Virus record (IMG/VR): IMGVR_UViG_3300012964_000010
Coordinates: 1-64,000 of that record
Reading direction: 5' to 3' (one strand)
From: a virus
Length of the DNA: 64,000 nucleotides
In this document: positions 27,943 to 37,440 of the stretch, piece by piece
Layout: each line of letters opens with the position of its first letter
Numbering within the stretch: position 1 is the stretch's first letter
Notes under the pieces: model-generated
The model's database searches: none
What the model was told of the DNA's origin: nothing
Seen by the model: only the letters and a program-made list of their open reading frames with translations
Position numbers and translations under genes: made by a program

Positions 27943-29403
27943 TTATTTTTTAATTTCTTTTAACTTACGTGCCTTTTCGACAAGCTTTCTCATTTCAAAA
28001 ACTTTTCTTTGTAATGATTCTGTCTTCATTGCGCGACCAAGTGGTTCTTCGCCTTCGGCACCGCCGAATTCATCTTCGGCGCCAAGTTCACCTTCGATGT
28101 TGTCAATATCTAAGTCAGCTGTATCGGCACCTAAATCGTCGACTGGCATCTCTTCATCGCCGAGTTCCTTGTCCATATCGACTGCTGCACTAACTTGACC
28201 AGTTGAGGCCATATTGCCAACTGCATCATCCACTTGGCCCTTAGCAGTGTATAAAGAATCCATAACACTTTGAAGAGCACCATAAATTTGTGTTTGAAAT
28301 GCTGAGGCAGATTCCATACCGTATGTTTCGCGCATTTGATCAGTGACCGGCGGAAGATCTTCGTTTTGTAAACGACCAATCTTTTCTACCATTTCCTGTA
28401 ACTCTTGTGCAAAACCTTTTGCGGCCATCATAACTTCGGCCTGACTTACTTCAGTCTCAAGTAAGGCACGTAAATGCTTTACTAGATTCTTGTTTTCTCC
28501 CAGCGATGTTCCTCGTTGTCTTGCTAATTTTTGTGCAGCAAATGGATCCGGTTGTAATTGTCCTGTTTTCGGATTTCTTACCATCGGGACATTCTTATCG
28601 GCAGGAGTAACACCAGCTTGTCCCGGACGACGAGACATTGCCCAATCCTGTGAATATTCTTGTCCTCGTTCTCTTCCGCCAACGGTCTCTTCAACTTCGC
28701 CCTCAGTAGGCATGACAGGTTTATTTGTACCGCTTAATCTGCTCACAGCACGCGCCATGCCGGGGTTACGATCTTTCTTTCCACTAAGTGTATCTTGCAT
28801 AGCACCTCCTAAATATCTTTTTGTTAAATCGGAACTAATTTCGTTCACAACTTCTCCATCTGTTTCGTTAATACCGCTCATTTCGGCATCTTCTTCAGCA
28901 ACTCCAGTTTCATCTTCTTCCATTACTGCGTCATCTGAAGAAGCACGGTTGATCTGTTCCATGGCAGCATGACGAACACGTTGTTCAATGTAATCATCAG
29001 GGAATCGAAATTCGCTCGAACGATATGCTTTCATGGCGTCCTTAATAGCTTCATTAAAATCAGCTTCGTTTGTGCCAAATCGCTGAAATTCCTTGACTAC
29101 TGCATCGCTTAGACTTCTAATTACTGGCTCAAGTTTTGGAGACTGTAATTGCAGAATAGCAAATTCTCGCAAGGTTTTAAGGCCTTCAAGTACTAATAAT
29201 CTCTTAGAAATCTCCGGAGAACCTTTAGCATCGTCTCCCTTGATTTTTAATTCAGTGATTTCATCCTGAATTGTTTCCATAATAGCAACCAAGTCTTTAT
29301 CTTGGACATTTTCAGTAATCTTAAATCCATAATTTGATTCAAGATGCTGATTTATCTTCCTAAGTGTAGTAGTTGGTGCACTACCGATATCATTCAAAAG
29401 CAT
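27943..29403 (-). CDS. Probable prohead core/scaffold-like protein
   Basis: Acidic helical protein with many [LIV]xE sites; late promoter at 29435-29443. Confidence 0.65.
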   Translation of the reverse strand: MLLNDIGSAPTTTLRKINQHLESNYGFKITENVQDKDLVAIMETIQDEITELKIKGDDAKGSPEISKRLLVLEGLKTLREFAILQLQSPKLEPVIRSLSDAVVKEFQRFGTNEADFNEAIKDAMKAYRSSEFRFPDDYIEQRVRHAAMEQINRASSDDAVMEEDETGVAEEDAEMSGINETDGEVVNEISSDLTKRYLGGAMQDTLSGKKDRNPGMARAVSRLSGTNKPVMPTEGEVEETVGGRERGQEYSQDWAMSRRPGQAGVTPADKNVPMVRNPKTGQLQPDPFAAQKLARQRGTSLGENKNLVKHLRALLETEVSQAEVMMAAKGFAQELQEMVEKIGRLQNEDLPPVTDQMRETYGMESASAFQTQIYGALQSVMDSLYTAKGQVDDAVGNMASTGQVSAAVDMDKELGDEEMPVDDLGADTADLDIDNIEGELGAEDEFGGAEGEEPLGRAMKTESLQRKVFEMRKLVEKARKLKEIKK

Positions 29404-29453
29404 ATAAACCGTTCCTGTTAAGTTTTATTTTTAGTATTTATCATTCTGCGCGA

Positions 29454-29903
29454 CTATTTAACTCTTTTGAAAATAAAGATATTATCCTTAACTCGACGAG
29501 CACGTATCTCCGCAACTTGAAATTTATCTTCTAGAATAGCTATAACATCATATTCACGACGGCTTTTTGCAGCTCTCATACAATGTAGATAATGAATCAT
29601 GTCGGTGTGATGTTTCGAAAAGATATTTTCTAAGGTCAGAACTTTTTCTATTACTTTAAATTCACCGGCGGTATATCTCTGAGCAATAATAGTAGCAACA
29701 TCAAATACAGAAATATTTTCAAATAGTAAACGATTATCTAATGAAAATATATCATAAAAACCGTTTGAATTTTTCTTAATAAGAGTGTTACCTACCCAGG
29801 TACCAGATTTCTTATTAGAAATTGGCATTCCGTGTTGTATAGCAAATGACGCGGCCTTGTCGGTTGCCTCATTTAATCTCTTAAGAAGTGCTGGTTTATC
29901 CAT
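29454..29903 (-). CDS. Hypothetical protein
   Basis: 149 aa ORF. Confidence 0.7.
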   Translation of the reverse strand: MDKPALLKRLNEATDKAASFAIQHGMPISNKKSGTWVGNTLIKKNSNGFYDIFSLDNRLLFENISVFDVATIIAQRYTAGEFKVIEKVLTLENIFSKHHTDMIHYLHCMRAAKSRREYDVIAILEDKFQVAEIRARRVKDNIFIFKRVK

Positions 29904-30673
29904 TATTTCTTAAATCCGTTATTAATCCTTGATGCTGTCTTTTTTCCACGGGCTGCCAAATTGGCAGATAATTCACCAGAGGCTTGATTGGGTTTTGTAT
30001 CACCAACAATCGTCTTGGCAGGTTCCTTTGGTGTATATTCCTTTGGTGGAGATTCTTCCATCGGCTGGCGCTTTTTCATCTTACCTATTGCTGCAGGTGC
30101 TACCGCAATGGCGCCGGCACCGGTTGCACCAGCGCTGGCATTTTCTGCGATTCCAGCTAAATGCTTCATTCTTGCTAAATCTTCTGCCATCTGTTGTTGT
30201 TGAGGTGCCCCAGGTGTGGAGCTTTGTGCCATAAATGGCTGTAATTCATCATTACTATGCCATTCTTCTTGCCCAGTTGTTGGGTTACGGACCTTTACGC
30301 CTTTTGCGGCCTGATCTACCTGTGTAATTTCTCCCGGAACAGGTGTTCCACTTGGACCTTTAAGCCCAACTGTCATGCCTTGTTCAACCGGTGCACCTTT
30401 ACCGGGCCAAATAGCCTTTACCTTCGACGGCGCAGTTTGTGCACCTGGTGCTACTGATGTACCTGTTGTGCCTGTCGGGCCCGAAGGACTGATAGTTTGT
30501 CCCGATGGTGGTGTAATATTGGCGCCTGCTTCTAATAGTTGTAGATATTGCGAAAAAGACATTTGCGAAATTTTTTCTCTAGACTCTTGAAGTGTAATCC
30601 CTTTCAAAGTAGAAAGTTTTTTAATTGCACTTTCGTACATAAGGTCGATAATTTTTGGATTATTTGTTAACAT
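29903..30673 (-). CDS. Hypothetical protein, probable internal head protein
   Basis: LARMKHLAGIAENASAGAT motif, low-complexity linkers. Confidence 0.7.
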   Translation of the reverse strand: MLTNNPKIIDLMYESAIKKLSTLKGITLQESREKISQMSFSQYLQLLEAGANITPPSGQTISPSGPTGTTGTSVAPGAQTAPSKVKAIWPGKGAPVEQGMTVGLKGPSGTPVPGEITQVDQAAKGVKVRNPTTGQEEWHSNDELQPFMAQSSTPGAPQQQQMAEDLARMKHLAGIAENASAGATGAGAIAVAPAAIGKMKKRQPMEESPPKEYTPKEPAKTIVGDTKPNQASGELSANLAARGKKTASRINNGFKK

Positions 30674-31173
30674 TAGATTGACTCCATTCTAGAAAATGCC
30701 ATATTCTTTGCCCAGCCATTTAAGTTACCATTAACAGTTGTTACTCTAACACCACTCGGTAAAATTATTCCATCGAGGTCATCAGTTAATAAACCAACTG
30801 GACCGGGGGTACCATAGGGTGTAAAATTGTAAAACTGGACACCTCGTTCAACTGCAAACTTCCAAACATACCCTTCACCCGATAATTCTATCGTATAGAC
30901 CGAAAGATCTAAAACTGGTGCCGGATCAGTAAGAACCGCAGGCATGGCCCTTAATCCAATGCTCATTAATAATACTTCAAAATTCTTTTGACTTTCATCA
31001 AGCGGATTACCGGTTACTTGAATATTAATTAATCGTGTAAGTTCTTGCGAGGTAGGTGGGTTCGGATTTGGGTCAGTGAAAGCACCAGGTGACGATGCAT
31101 AGCAGACATAATATTGTAAATCTGCTGATAAATTCTGCATTGATGACGCCGCACCGTTAATTCTTTGTGTCAT
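30673..31173 (-). CDS. Virion structural protein, RING-motif paralog 1
   Basis: Starts MTQRINGA. Confidence 0.7.
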   Translation of the reverse strand: MTQRINGAASSMQNLSADLQYYVCYASSPGAFTDPNPNPPTSQELTRLINIQVTGNPLDESQKNFEVLLMSIGLRAMPAVLTDPAPVLDLSVYTIELSGEGYVWKFAVERGVQFYNFTPYGTPGPVGLLTDDLDGIILPSGVRVTTVNGNLNGWAKNMAFSRMESI

Positions 31174-31207
31174 TCTTTATCCTTATACGCTATTTACCTG
31201 GGTTTTA

Positions 31208-31972
31208 TTAAAGCCTTGATCCAATTTGGAGGTTCCAAATTGACACACCATCTGTGACAAAAACCAATTCCTGAGATGCATTGAATATTATAGAATCTGT
31301 ATTTCCCAAATCAGTGGCAATAACATCACCGATATATCCGAGATTGATAGTTACTGTCGCACCAACTGCTTTAGCTATTGTTATAGCCTGACCGGCATTA
31401 AATCCAGCACCCAGGATTCCTGGAAGAGTAATTGAACCAGTTGCGGTAACAAAATATTCTCTGCTGATTGAAAGTAAAGCGCCGGGACCTACCGGTATAT
31501 AGTTTGCAGCACCCGGAGTAAAGATTAATCCTGTTTCGGCTTGATTTACAGTAACTTGATATCCGGCGGCACCTGCATATGTTTTTGGTGTATCGGTTAG
31601 ACTTATAAAACCATAAAGGACAGGTGCACCCCATTCATATGACACACTTTCGACTGTACATAGTGAACAATCCACATGATCGACACCGACATTGGTACCC
31701 AATGATCTTACCATTACTGTTAATGTATTTTCATCCCATATTGAACGATCGGATTCTAATGCGAAAGAAATATTATTTTTATTTGGGTTCATGATGTCAA
31801 TATAAGCACCAGCTTCGACCTTAGTAAAAATAATTTCAGCTGCGCTACCTGGAACAGGTTGACCATTTGCATTAAGTGCTCCGCTAAAATCAGCACCATA
31901 AAGAATGTAATGCGATAATGAGCCTGTTAATACTTGTTGATTAAAGACACCCCCGTTGATTCTAATTGGCAT
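31208..31972 (-). CDS. Virion structural protein, paralog 2
   Basis: Starts MPIRINGG..Q.LTGSL; PVPGSAAE; late promoter at 31998-32006. Confidence 0.7.
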   Translation of the reverse strand: MPIRINGGVFNQQVLTGSLSHYILYGADFSGALNANGQPVPGSAAEIIFTKVEAGAYIDIMNPNKNNISFALESDRSIWDENTLTVMVRSLGTNVGVDHVDCSLCTVESVSYEWGAPVLYGFISLTDTPKTYAGAAGYQVTVNQAETGLIFTPGAANYIPVGPGALLSISREYFVTATGSITLPGILGAGFNAGQAITIAKAVGATVTINLGYIGDVIATDLGNTDSIIFNASQELVFVTDGVSIWNLQIGSRL

Positions 31973-32031
31973 GTTAGGTATTCCTTGATATTTTGTATAT
32001 TTATCAAGAAATCCAGATCATGAGACCAAAG

Positions 32032-32055
32032 GAAAAGGGTCTTAAGACCCTTTTC
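32032..32055. terminator. Terminator (perfect 24-bp palindrome)
   Basis: GAAAAGGGTCTTAAGACCCTTTTC. Confidence 0.85.
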
Positions 32056-32072
32056 GCTGAATAGTTATTTCT

Positions 32073-32846
32073 TTAGACTAATTTAAACGGTACTTCAGTT
32101 ATTGTCACGGTTTCAAGGTGTGCTGTAGCAGTGACTGGTGTCTTTGTTGAATTAGTCACGGCACCGATTGAAGCATATACAGTCTGAGCACCGAGGACAT
32201 TTACCGCCACTTGCATTGCAGGTGCGGCAGCAGTCAAATCTTCGCCTGTGTTTGCAGGTGGTGTGCTGTAATCAGGTGTATTAGAACCCCATCCAAATGC
32301 AGTTGCTGAACAGGCGAAATAGATAGTAGTTGTAGATCCATAGGACGCATCCGTACCAATCATGACGATATCAGCTTGTTTAGAAATTTCCTTCAATGCA
32401 ATATCCGCCGCACTATTTGGAACTGGTCGATTATTTCCGACTACAAAGAAATTTACGGTAACACCAGTGAGATACCCGACTGCACCTAATGTTGCTGGAA
32501 CATTTTCGTTTACTGTCACAGTCGTGTTCGGTGCTACATAAACAGAAGAACTAATTGTATAAACACCGTCGTTGACACCAGTGCCCGAAATTATAACACC
32601 GGTACCTGCTATAAGAGTTGTTGTATGATCGCCGGAAATAACAAATTGATTTGTCGGATGTATAGTTGACGAAATTAAGGCCGACTTAAGGCTTGCACCA
32701 CCGACAACACTAACTGGTAAATTGACTGTACCATCAGAGACGGTCCACGCAAATGTTGTTCCTACACCTACCATTTTAAAAAAACGCAGGCTACCGGTTA
32801 TCGTCTGTCCATTGATAATACCGCCATCTACTCTGAATTGTGTCAT
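32073..32846 (-). CDS. Virion structural protein, paralog 3 (with inserted domain)
   Basis: Near-duplicate of 32859-33407 plus a roughly 75-aa insert. Confidence 0.75.
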   Translation of the reverse strand: MTQFRVDGGIINGQTITGSLRFFKMVGVGTTFAWTVSDGTVNLPVSVVGGASLKSALISSTIHPTNQFVISGDHTTTLIAGTGVIISGTGVNDGVYTISSSVYVAPNTTVTVNENVPATLGAVGYLTGVTVNFFVVGNNRPVPNSAADIALKEISKQADIVMIGTDASYGSTTTIYFACSATAFGWGSNTPDYSTPPANTGEDLTAAAPAMQVAVNVLGAQTVYASIGAVTNSTKTPVTATAHLETVTITEVPFKLV

Positions 32847-33113
32847 CTTATTCTCTCTTTAGACCAACTTGAATGGAACTTCGGTGATTGTTATACCCGC
32901 AAAGCTGACTACGGCAGTCACCGGGGCTTGTTGATTAAGTGGTGCTGTTGAACCTGCTGTGATATACACTGTTGCATTCGGAAGTGCTCTTACTGCCACT
33001 TGCATTGCAGGTGCGGCAGCAGTCAAATCTTCGCCTGTGTTTGCAGGTGGTGTGCTGTAATCAGGTGTGTTAGATCCCCATCCAAATGCAGTTGCTGAAC
33101 AGGCGAAATAGAT
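32206..33113. repeat. 119-bp near-identical direct repeat (32206-32324 and 32995-33113)
   Basis: Two mismatches by manual comparison. Confidence 0.85.
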
Positions 33114-33407
33114 GATAGCGGTAGATCCATACGATGCATCCATGCCAATCATAACAATATCTGCTTGCTTGGCAATTTCTTTTAAAGCAAGATCTGCTGC
33201 ACTATTTGGAACTGGTCGATTATTACCGACTTCAAAATAAGTTGTGATACCTACGCCCGGACCACCAAGCACACTAACTGGTAAATTGACTGTACCATCG
33301 GAAACAGTCCAGTGAAACTCTGTAGTGGCTGCTGCCATCTTGAAGAAACGAAGACTTCCGGTGAGTGTCTGACTATTGATAATACCGCCGTTGACTTTAA
33401 CTGTCAT
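32859..33407 (-). CDS. Virion structural protein, paralog 4
   Basis: Starts MTVKVNGG; late promoter at 33432-33440; AGGAG SD. Confidence 0.75.
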   Translation of the reverse strand: MTVKVNGGIINSQTLTGSLRFFKMAAATTEFHWTVSDGTVNLPVSVLGGPGVGITTYFEVGNNRPVPNSAADLALKEIAKQADIVMIGMDASYGSTAIIYFACSATAFGWGSNTPDYSTPPANTGEDLTAAAPAMQVAVRALPNATVYITAGSTAPLNQQAPVTAVVSFAGITITEVPFKLV

Positions 33408-33462
33408 TTTGTAATCTCCTACAATTTTATGTATTTATCAGATTGTAGATAATTTCGGAAAT

Positions 33463-33490
33463 AAAAAAAGGGCTCCAAAGAGCCCTTTTT
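33463..33490. terminator. Rho-independent terminator
   Basis: AAAAAGGGCTC-CAAA-GAGCCCTTTTT. Confidence 0.85.
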
Positions 33491-33503
33491 GTCAATACAC
33501 CAA

Positions 33504-34136
33504 TTAAGCTGTATATGGATTGACTGGATACCAACCAGAAGCACCCATTGGGTTTGCTGCGGAACCAGGTGTTGTACCATCAGTAATTGCTTCAAGTGCA
33601 CCATTGGCAACTGTAGCTGCTGGCATCGAACCGTCCATTGTAACAAATTCGAAACCATATGTAATTGCTGCTGTTGTGGTGACGTTGACAAGTTGACCAA
33701 GAACAACGTTTGTAGAATCACCGACTGCCTTAATAGTAGCATTAACAGTGTTGATTGCTCCGGCAACTGGAACAGAGTAACCTGTTGATGCAGTTGCAGT
33801 AATGAGACCGGCATTTGTAGTAGCAAAGAAACCATCTGAAAAACCAACCATAACGTCAACAGAGTGTGTTGAGGTGTTATATGTACTTACTGCAAGAACA
33901 GTAGCTTGTGTTTCAAGTGTCTTAAGAGCCTGCACAAGTACGCTTTCAACAATGCCGAAAGTCGAATCAGCTGTTGCTGTTGTGCCATTAACCGCTGTTG
34001 TTGTGCCATTAAGAACAACACTGCCACCAGTAGCAGCAATAGTCGAAATGTCAGAACTGAATGTAATTTTGATAAAGGTGACTTGTTTTTCAACCCAGAC
34101 TCCTGGATATGCTGCACCATTAATTTTTGTTGTCAT
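33504..34136 (-). CDS. Virion structural protein, paralog 5 (probably abundant, head-decoration-like)
   Basis: Starts MTTKINGA; Thr/Ala-rich; own late promoter (34182-34190), AAGGAG SD and terminator. Confidence 0.75.
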   Translation of the reverse strand: MTTKINGAAYPGVWVEKQVTFIKITFSSDISTIAATGGSVVLNGTTTAVNGTTATADSTFGIVESVLVQALKTLETQATVLAVSTYNTSTHSVDVMVGFSDGFFATTNAGLITATASTGYSVPVAGAINTVNATIKAVGDSTNVVLGQLVNVTTTAAITYGFEFVTMDGSMPAATVANGALEAITDGTTPGSAANPMGASGWYPVNPYTA

Positions 34137-34210
34137 AAAATAACTCCTTAATTTGTGATAGGATTGTCCTATTCATACTTTTATTTATCATTTAGATGAA
34201 ATTTTGAGTC

Positions 34211-34429
34211 TTAATCTATTAAATCCTTAAGGCTAAGATGAATAGGTTGAAGAAGAGAATCATAATGTTTACGGGATTTCATACCCTTTTTCCAGGATTG
34301 AATAACCTTGTTCTTGATACGTGTTAAATTAATATCATCCTTAACATTAGATTTTAACTGGCGTAGGAGTGTTACATACTGGTCAGCATCCAATACATCG
34401 TGGATTTTCATAACTTCATCAATTCTCAT
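34211..34429 (-). CDS. Hypothetical protein
   Basis: 72 aa, N-terminus MRIDEV. Confidence 0.65.
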   Translation of the reverse strand: MRIDEVMKIHDVLDADQYVTLLRQLKSNVKDDINLTRIKNKVIQSWKKGMKSRKHYDSLLQPIHLSLKDLID

Positions 34430-34431
34430 TA

Positions 34432-34962
34432 TTATTTCCTATTTCGTCCTAATTGTTTTTGTTCAGCAGCACGAATTAATTCAGGCAATGCAGTTCTTTC
34501 TTCTCGAACAATTTCTGTAAAGATTTTTCTAACATCTTCGATCATTGCCTTGCCTTGATACGCATGTGATTCCTTGAACCCATATTCCTTCTGCATAAAG
34601 GCAATAATATCTTTGTCAATGCCAGCTTTCTTCGCGTATTGTGCTATCTTTAGAATTGCAGGGCTGGCAGTGGGTTCAATGTATTCATCCTCATCAGACT
34701 TTCCGAAGGCACCAGCAAATACCTTATTAATTTCTTTCTTGTCAAATCCAAAATCTTTTAGTATATTTTCGATGTCTCTAATATCATCGGGATAACCAGA
34801 CTCTTGCCATGCTTTTTGTAAATCGCCAACATCTACCTTATCTTTACGAAGAGATTTAAACACAGAACCGAGACCGGTGGGTTTGCCCCTTAAATCAGAG
34901 GCAACGTTAAAAACTGCCCTGATATCACCTGGATTAACTTGTGACTCAACTATCTTACGCAT
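34432..34962 (-). CDS. Hypothetical protein
   Basis: 176 aa, GGAGG SD. Confidence 0.7.
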   Translation of the reverse strand: MRKIVESQVNPGDIRAVFNVASDLRGKPTGLGSVFKSLRKDKVDVGDLQKAWQESGYPDDIRDIENILKDFGFDKKEINKVFAGAFGKSDEDEYIEPTASPAILKIAQYAKKAGIDKDIIAFMQKEYGFKESHAYQGKAMIEDVRKIFTEIVREERTALPELIRAAEQKQLGRNRK

Positions 34963-35662
34963 TTGTCAAAGCCCTCCATAATGCCATTCTTTGTTGTTCA
35001 TTCATAGAATCCCGAATAAGACGTTTAATCTTATTCACCTCTTCGCGCCTTACCTCTTGTGGATCACGCTGTGGCATCTGAGCTTCAGCACCTTTTTTAG
35101 CTTTAGCCTTTGGTTGCGAAAGCATTGAAAAAATCTGTTCAATATCTTTTTCACTCATTTCTGCCGCAGGTTCATCCTGCATAGCTTCCTTGACTGTTTT
35201 GTAACGGTATTTGAATCTTGGTTTTCTCTTTGGCTCTTCTGGTGCCGCCGGTGTTGGCGGAACACTTGTTCCAATTCTTGCCTGAGGTCTAATGTCTCTA
35301 TATTCAACATCAGTTGCATCATCAGTTGAAAACTTTTTAGGTTTTGCGGATGGTGCTTTTGGTGGTTCACCACTGGGTGGTACTTGTTGTGTAGGAGCAC
35401 CGGGTGGTACTTGTTGTTGTGTAGCAGGTAAATCGGGTGTGGGTGCGGCTGGGCGAGGTTTGCTTGCCACAGACTGAATTGCATTTTCGATAGACTTGTC
35501 GTCAAAGTCAGTCTTAGACTGTAAAAAAGTTCTAACATCATCTGTTGTGACTTTTCTATTGTATTTAAGCTGGCCAGTCTCTGGATCGGATTGCATACCT
35601 ACAATCCGATTATTCTTAAGAAATTGAATCCACTCTCTTGTAAGTTCTGGATTAGATGCCAT
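34955..35662 (-). CDS. Hypothetical Pro/Gln-rich protein
   Basis: Probable start MASNPEL; TQQ(Q)VPP repeat. Confidence 0.7.
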   Translation of the reverse strand: MASNPELTREWIQFLKNNRIVGMQSDPETGQLKYNRKVTTDDVRTFLQSKTDFDDKSIENAIQSVASKPRPAAPTPDLPATQQQVPPGAPTQQVPPSGEPPKAPSAKPKKFSTDDATDVEYRDIRPQARIGTSVPPTPAAPEEPKRKPRFKYRYKTVKEAMQDEPAAEMSEKDIEQIFSMLSQPKAKAKKGAEAQMPQRDPQEVRREEVNKIKRLIRDSMNEQQRMALWRALTNA

Positions 35663-35936
35663 TTCCGTCATCATCCTCATCACATTCACCGGATTTAATT
35701 CTCTTCACCATACGAGTAAATCTGTTGGGATCTGATCCTTTTATACTGGAGATAAATCGTTTCTTCAGCATATCAGCATCAGAAGATGTGAAACTTTCAT
35801 CTATAGATTCGAGCAGGTTAATGGCCGAAACTATAATATGTTGTGCCCGGGCTTCAATGAGATCTTCTTTGCTTTTTTGGGGAACATAGGTACTAATTTC
35901 CTCAAGAATGGATCTGCTTTTACGATTAATGGACAA
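35652..35936 (-). CDS. Conserved hypothetical protein
   Basis: RSILEE..I.SAINLLE..D..RF.R; late promoter at 35961-35969. Confidence 0.7.
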   Translation of the reverse strand: MSINRKSRSILEEISTYVPQKSKEDLIEARAQHIIVSAINLLESIDESFTSSDADMLKKRFISSIKGSDPNRFTRMVKRIKSGECDEDDDGNGI

Positions 35937-35973
35937 TTCATTATCTCCAGTGTATTCAACTATTTATCAACTT

Positions 35974-37440
35974 TTATCGTTTCTTAAGAAAAGCCCGGAG
36001 GCCGGCGGCGCCTTCTAATGGATTTACTTTTGTAGAAGCAACGTTGGATCCCGGAGTACCTGTGACCTTTGTTACTTCACCAGTAGTTGGATCAATTTTT
36101 TCACCAGATCTAATTACACTTTTCTTCTGCAACTGTTCATAAATGCTCTTCGAAGATGCCTTAATCGCATCATCGTCGCCTTCTTCGAGGTCACTAATTC
36201 TTAGACTCTTATTGTTGAATGCTAAATCGACTTTGGAACCGACACCAGAACTCGAGCGAGTTTTCATAAATTGAATTTGGTATCGGCCACCTTCCTTCAT
36301 AGCTGCACTTGTAAAAATACCAATCACGTTATCTGCTGTGTTGACTTTAGAAATACCGCCGGCAATGTGACTTGGATCAAATTCAATTTCCTCATAAGAG
36401 CCACGATTTAACTGCGAAGCCGAGACAGTAACAATTTGCAATTCGACTGCCAAGTTACGCAATTCTTCAGTTACATATTTGTCCTTGACAAATAGATTTT
36501 CTGCAGAAATCTTCTTGCTCATTGGCATCATTAAATCTAAATAATCAACAAGAATTGCATCAACTTTAATGCCGGCTTGTATTTCATATTCTTTAATATA
36601 TGCTCGAACATCATTAGAGGTACAGCCATTTGGCAATTGCTTGATTCTTAAAGAGCCCCTATGCTTCATTTGAGAAGCTCGAAGTTTCATATGAACATCA
36701 TCAATATTGCGCATCACTTCGCGTGTTTCGTAACCTGTGTGCATTGCATCAATACGCATTGCACATAAATTTTCACTAAGTTCAAGCGAAAGATAAACCA
36801 CATTTAAACCAGATAAGGCCCAATTTACTGCAAGGTTCTGCAAGAACAAGGATTTACCTGCACCGGACTGTCCAGCAAAGATAGTAATTTCACCTTTGTT
36901 TAGACCACCATATAGCTTTTCATCTACTGTTTTCCATCCTGTCGATACCTGACCTTTTCCTTCGCGGATAGATTCAAGTCGTTCTTTTGGATTGGCGTAG
37001 TAATCTGTTCCAAGATCCTTGACCAGTGCAATCTGAACTGCTGCCTTAATAGTCGCTTCAACTTCACCGTAACGTCCCTCGTCAAGATATTCTGGTGAAG
37101 CTAAAATTGCATCACGCAGCGCTTTGTGACGACAAAATCTTTCAAATTCCCGAAGAAACCAATTATCGTGCTTTGCAGCCTCGACTTCCATTAAAAAAAT
37201 GTCTTTATCGGTTACTGCCTTAATCTGTTGCAATGACGGAATATTTGAATAATCTGTGCTGTAAGATTCGATGAAAGCAATTGTGTCTTTATTTTGCTTA
37301 TTATCAAAATATTGCGGCTTGATAATACCTTTACAACGAATAAACAGGTCGGGTTTACTCACCATAAAGCTAATAAACAAATCCTCTATTTCCTTGCTAT
37401 AATTTGTAATTTCGCTTGTGTTTTCTTCTTCTTTCATCAT
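35974..37440 (-). CDS. 41: DnaB-like replicative helicase (T4 gp41-like)
   Basis: GQSGAGKS, SLELSE, VDYLDL, ASQLNR, MKTR. Confidence 0.93.
   Translation of the reverse strand: MMKEEENTSEITNYSKEIEDLFISFMVSKPDLFIRCKGIIKPQYFDNKQNKDTIAFIESYSTDYSNIPSLQQIKAVTDKDIFLMEVEAAKHDNWFLREFERFCRHKALRDAILASPEYLDEGRYGEVEATIKAAVQIALVKDLGTDYYANPKERLESIREGKGQVSTGWKTVDEKLYGGLNKGEITIFAGQSGAGKSLFLQNLAVNWALSGLNVVYLSLELSENLCAMRIDAMHTGYETREVMRNIDDVHMKLRASQMKHRGSLRIKQLPNGCTSNDVRAYIKEYEIQAGIKVDAILVDYLDLMMPMSKKISAENLFVKDKYVTEELRNLAVELQIVTVSASQLNRGSYEEIEFDPSHIAGGISKVNTADNVIGIFTSAAMKEGGRYQIQFMKTRSSSGVGSKVDLAFNNKSLRISDLEEGDDDAIKASSKSIYEQLQKKSVIRSGEKIDPTTGEVTKVTGTPGSNVASTKVNPLEGAAGLRAFLKKR

Noticed and set aside
32073-33407. 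Diversity-generating retroelement template/variable repeat pair
   Set aside because: No reverse transcriptase in the window, only two mismatches, and both copies lie inside paralogous genes
33419-33859. 146-aa Leu/Gln-rich ORF overlapping the 33504-34136 gene
   Set aside because: Alternative-frame shadow of Thr/Ala codons that runs through a terminator; no frameshift signal identified
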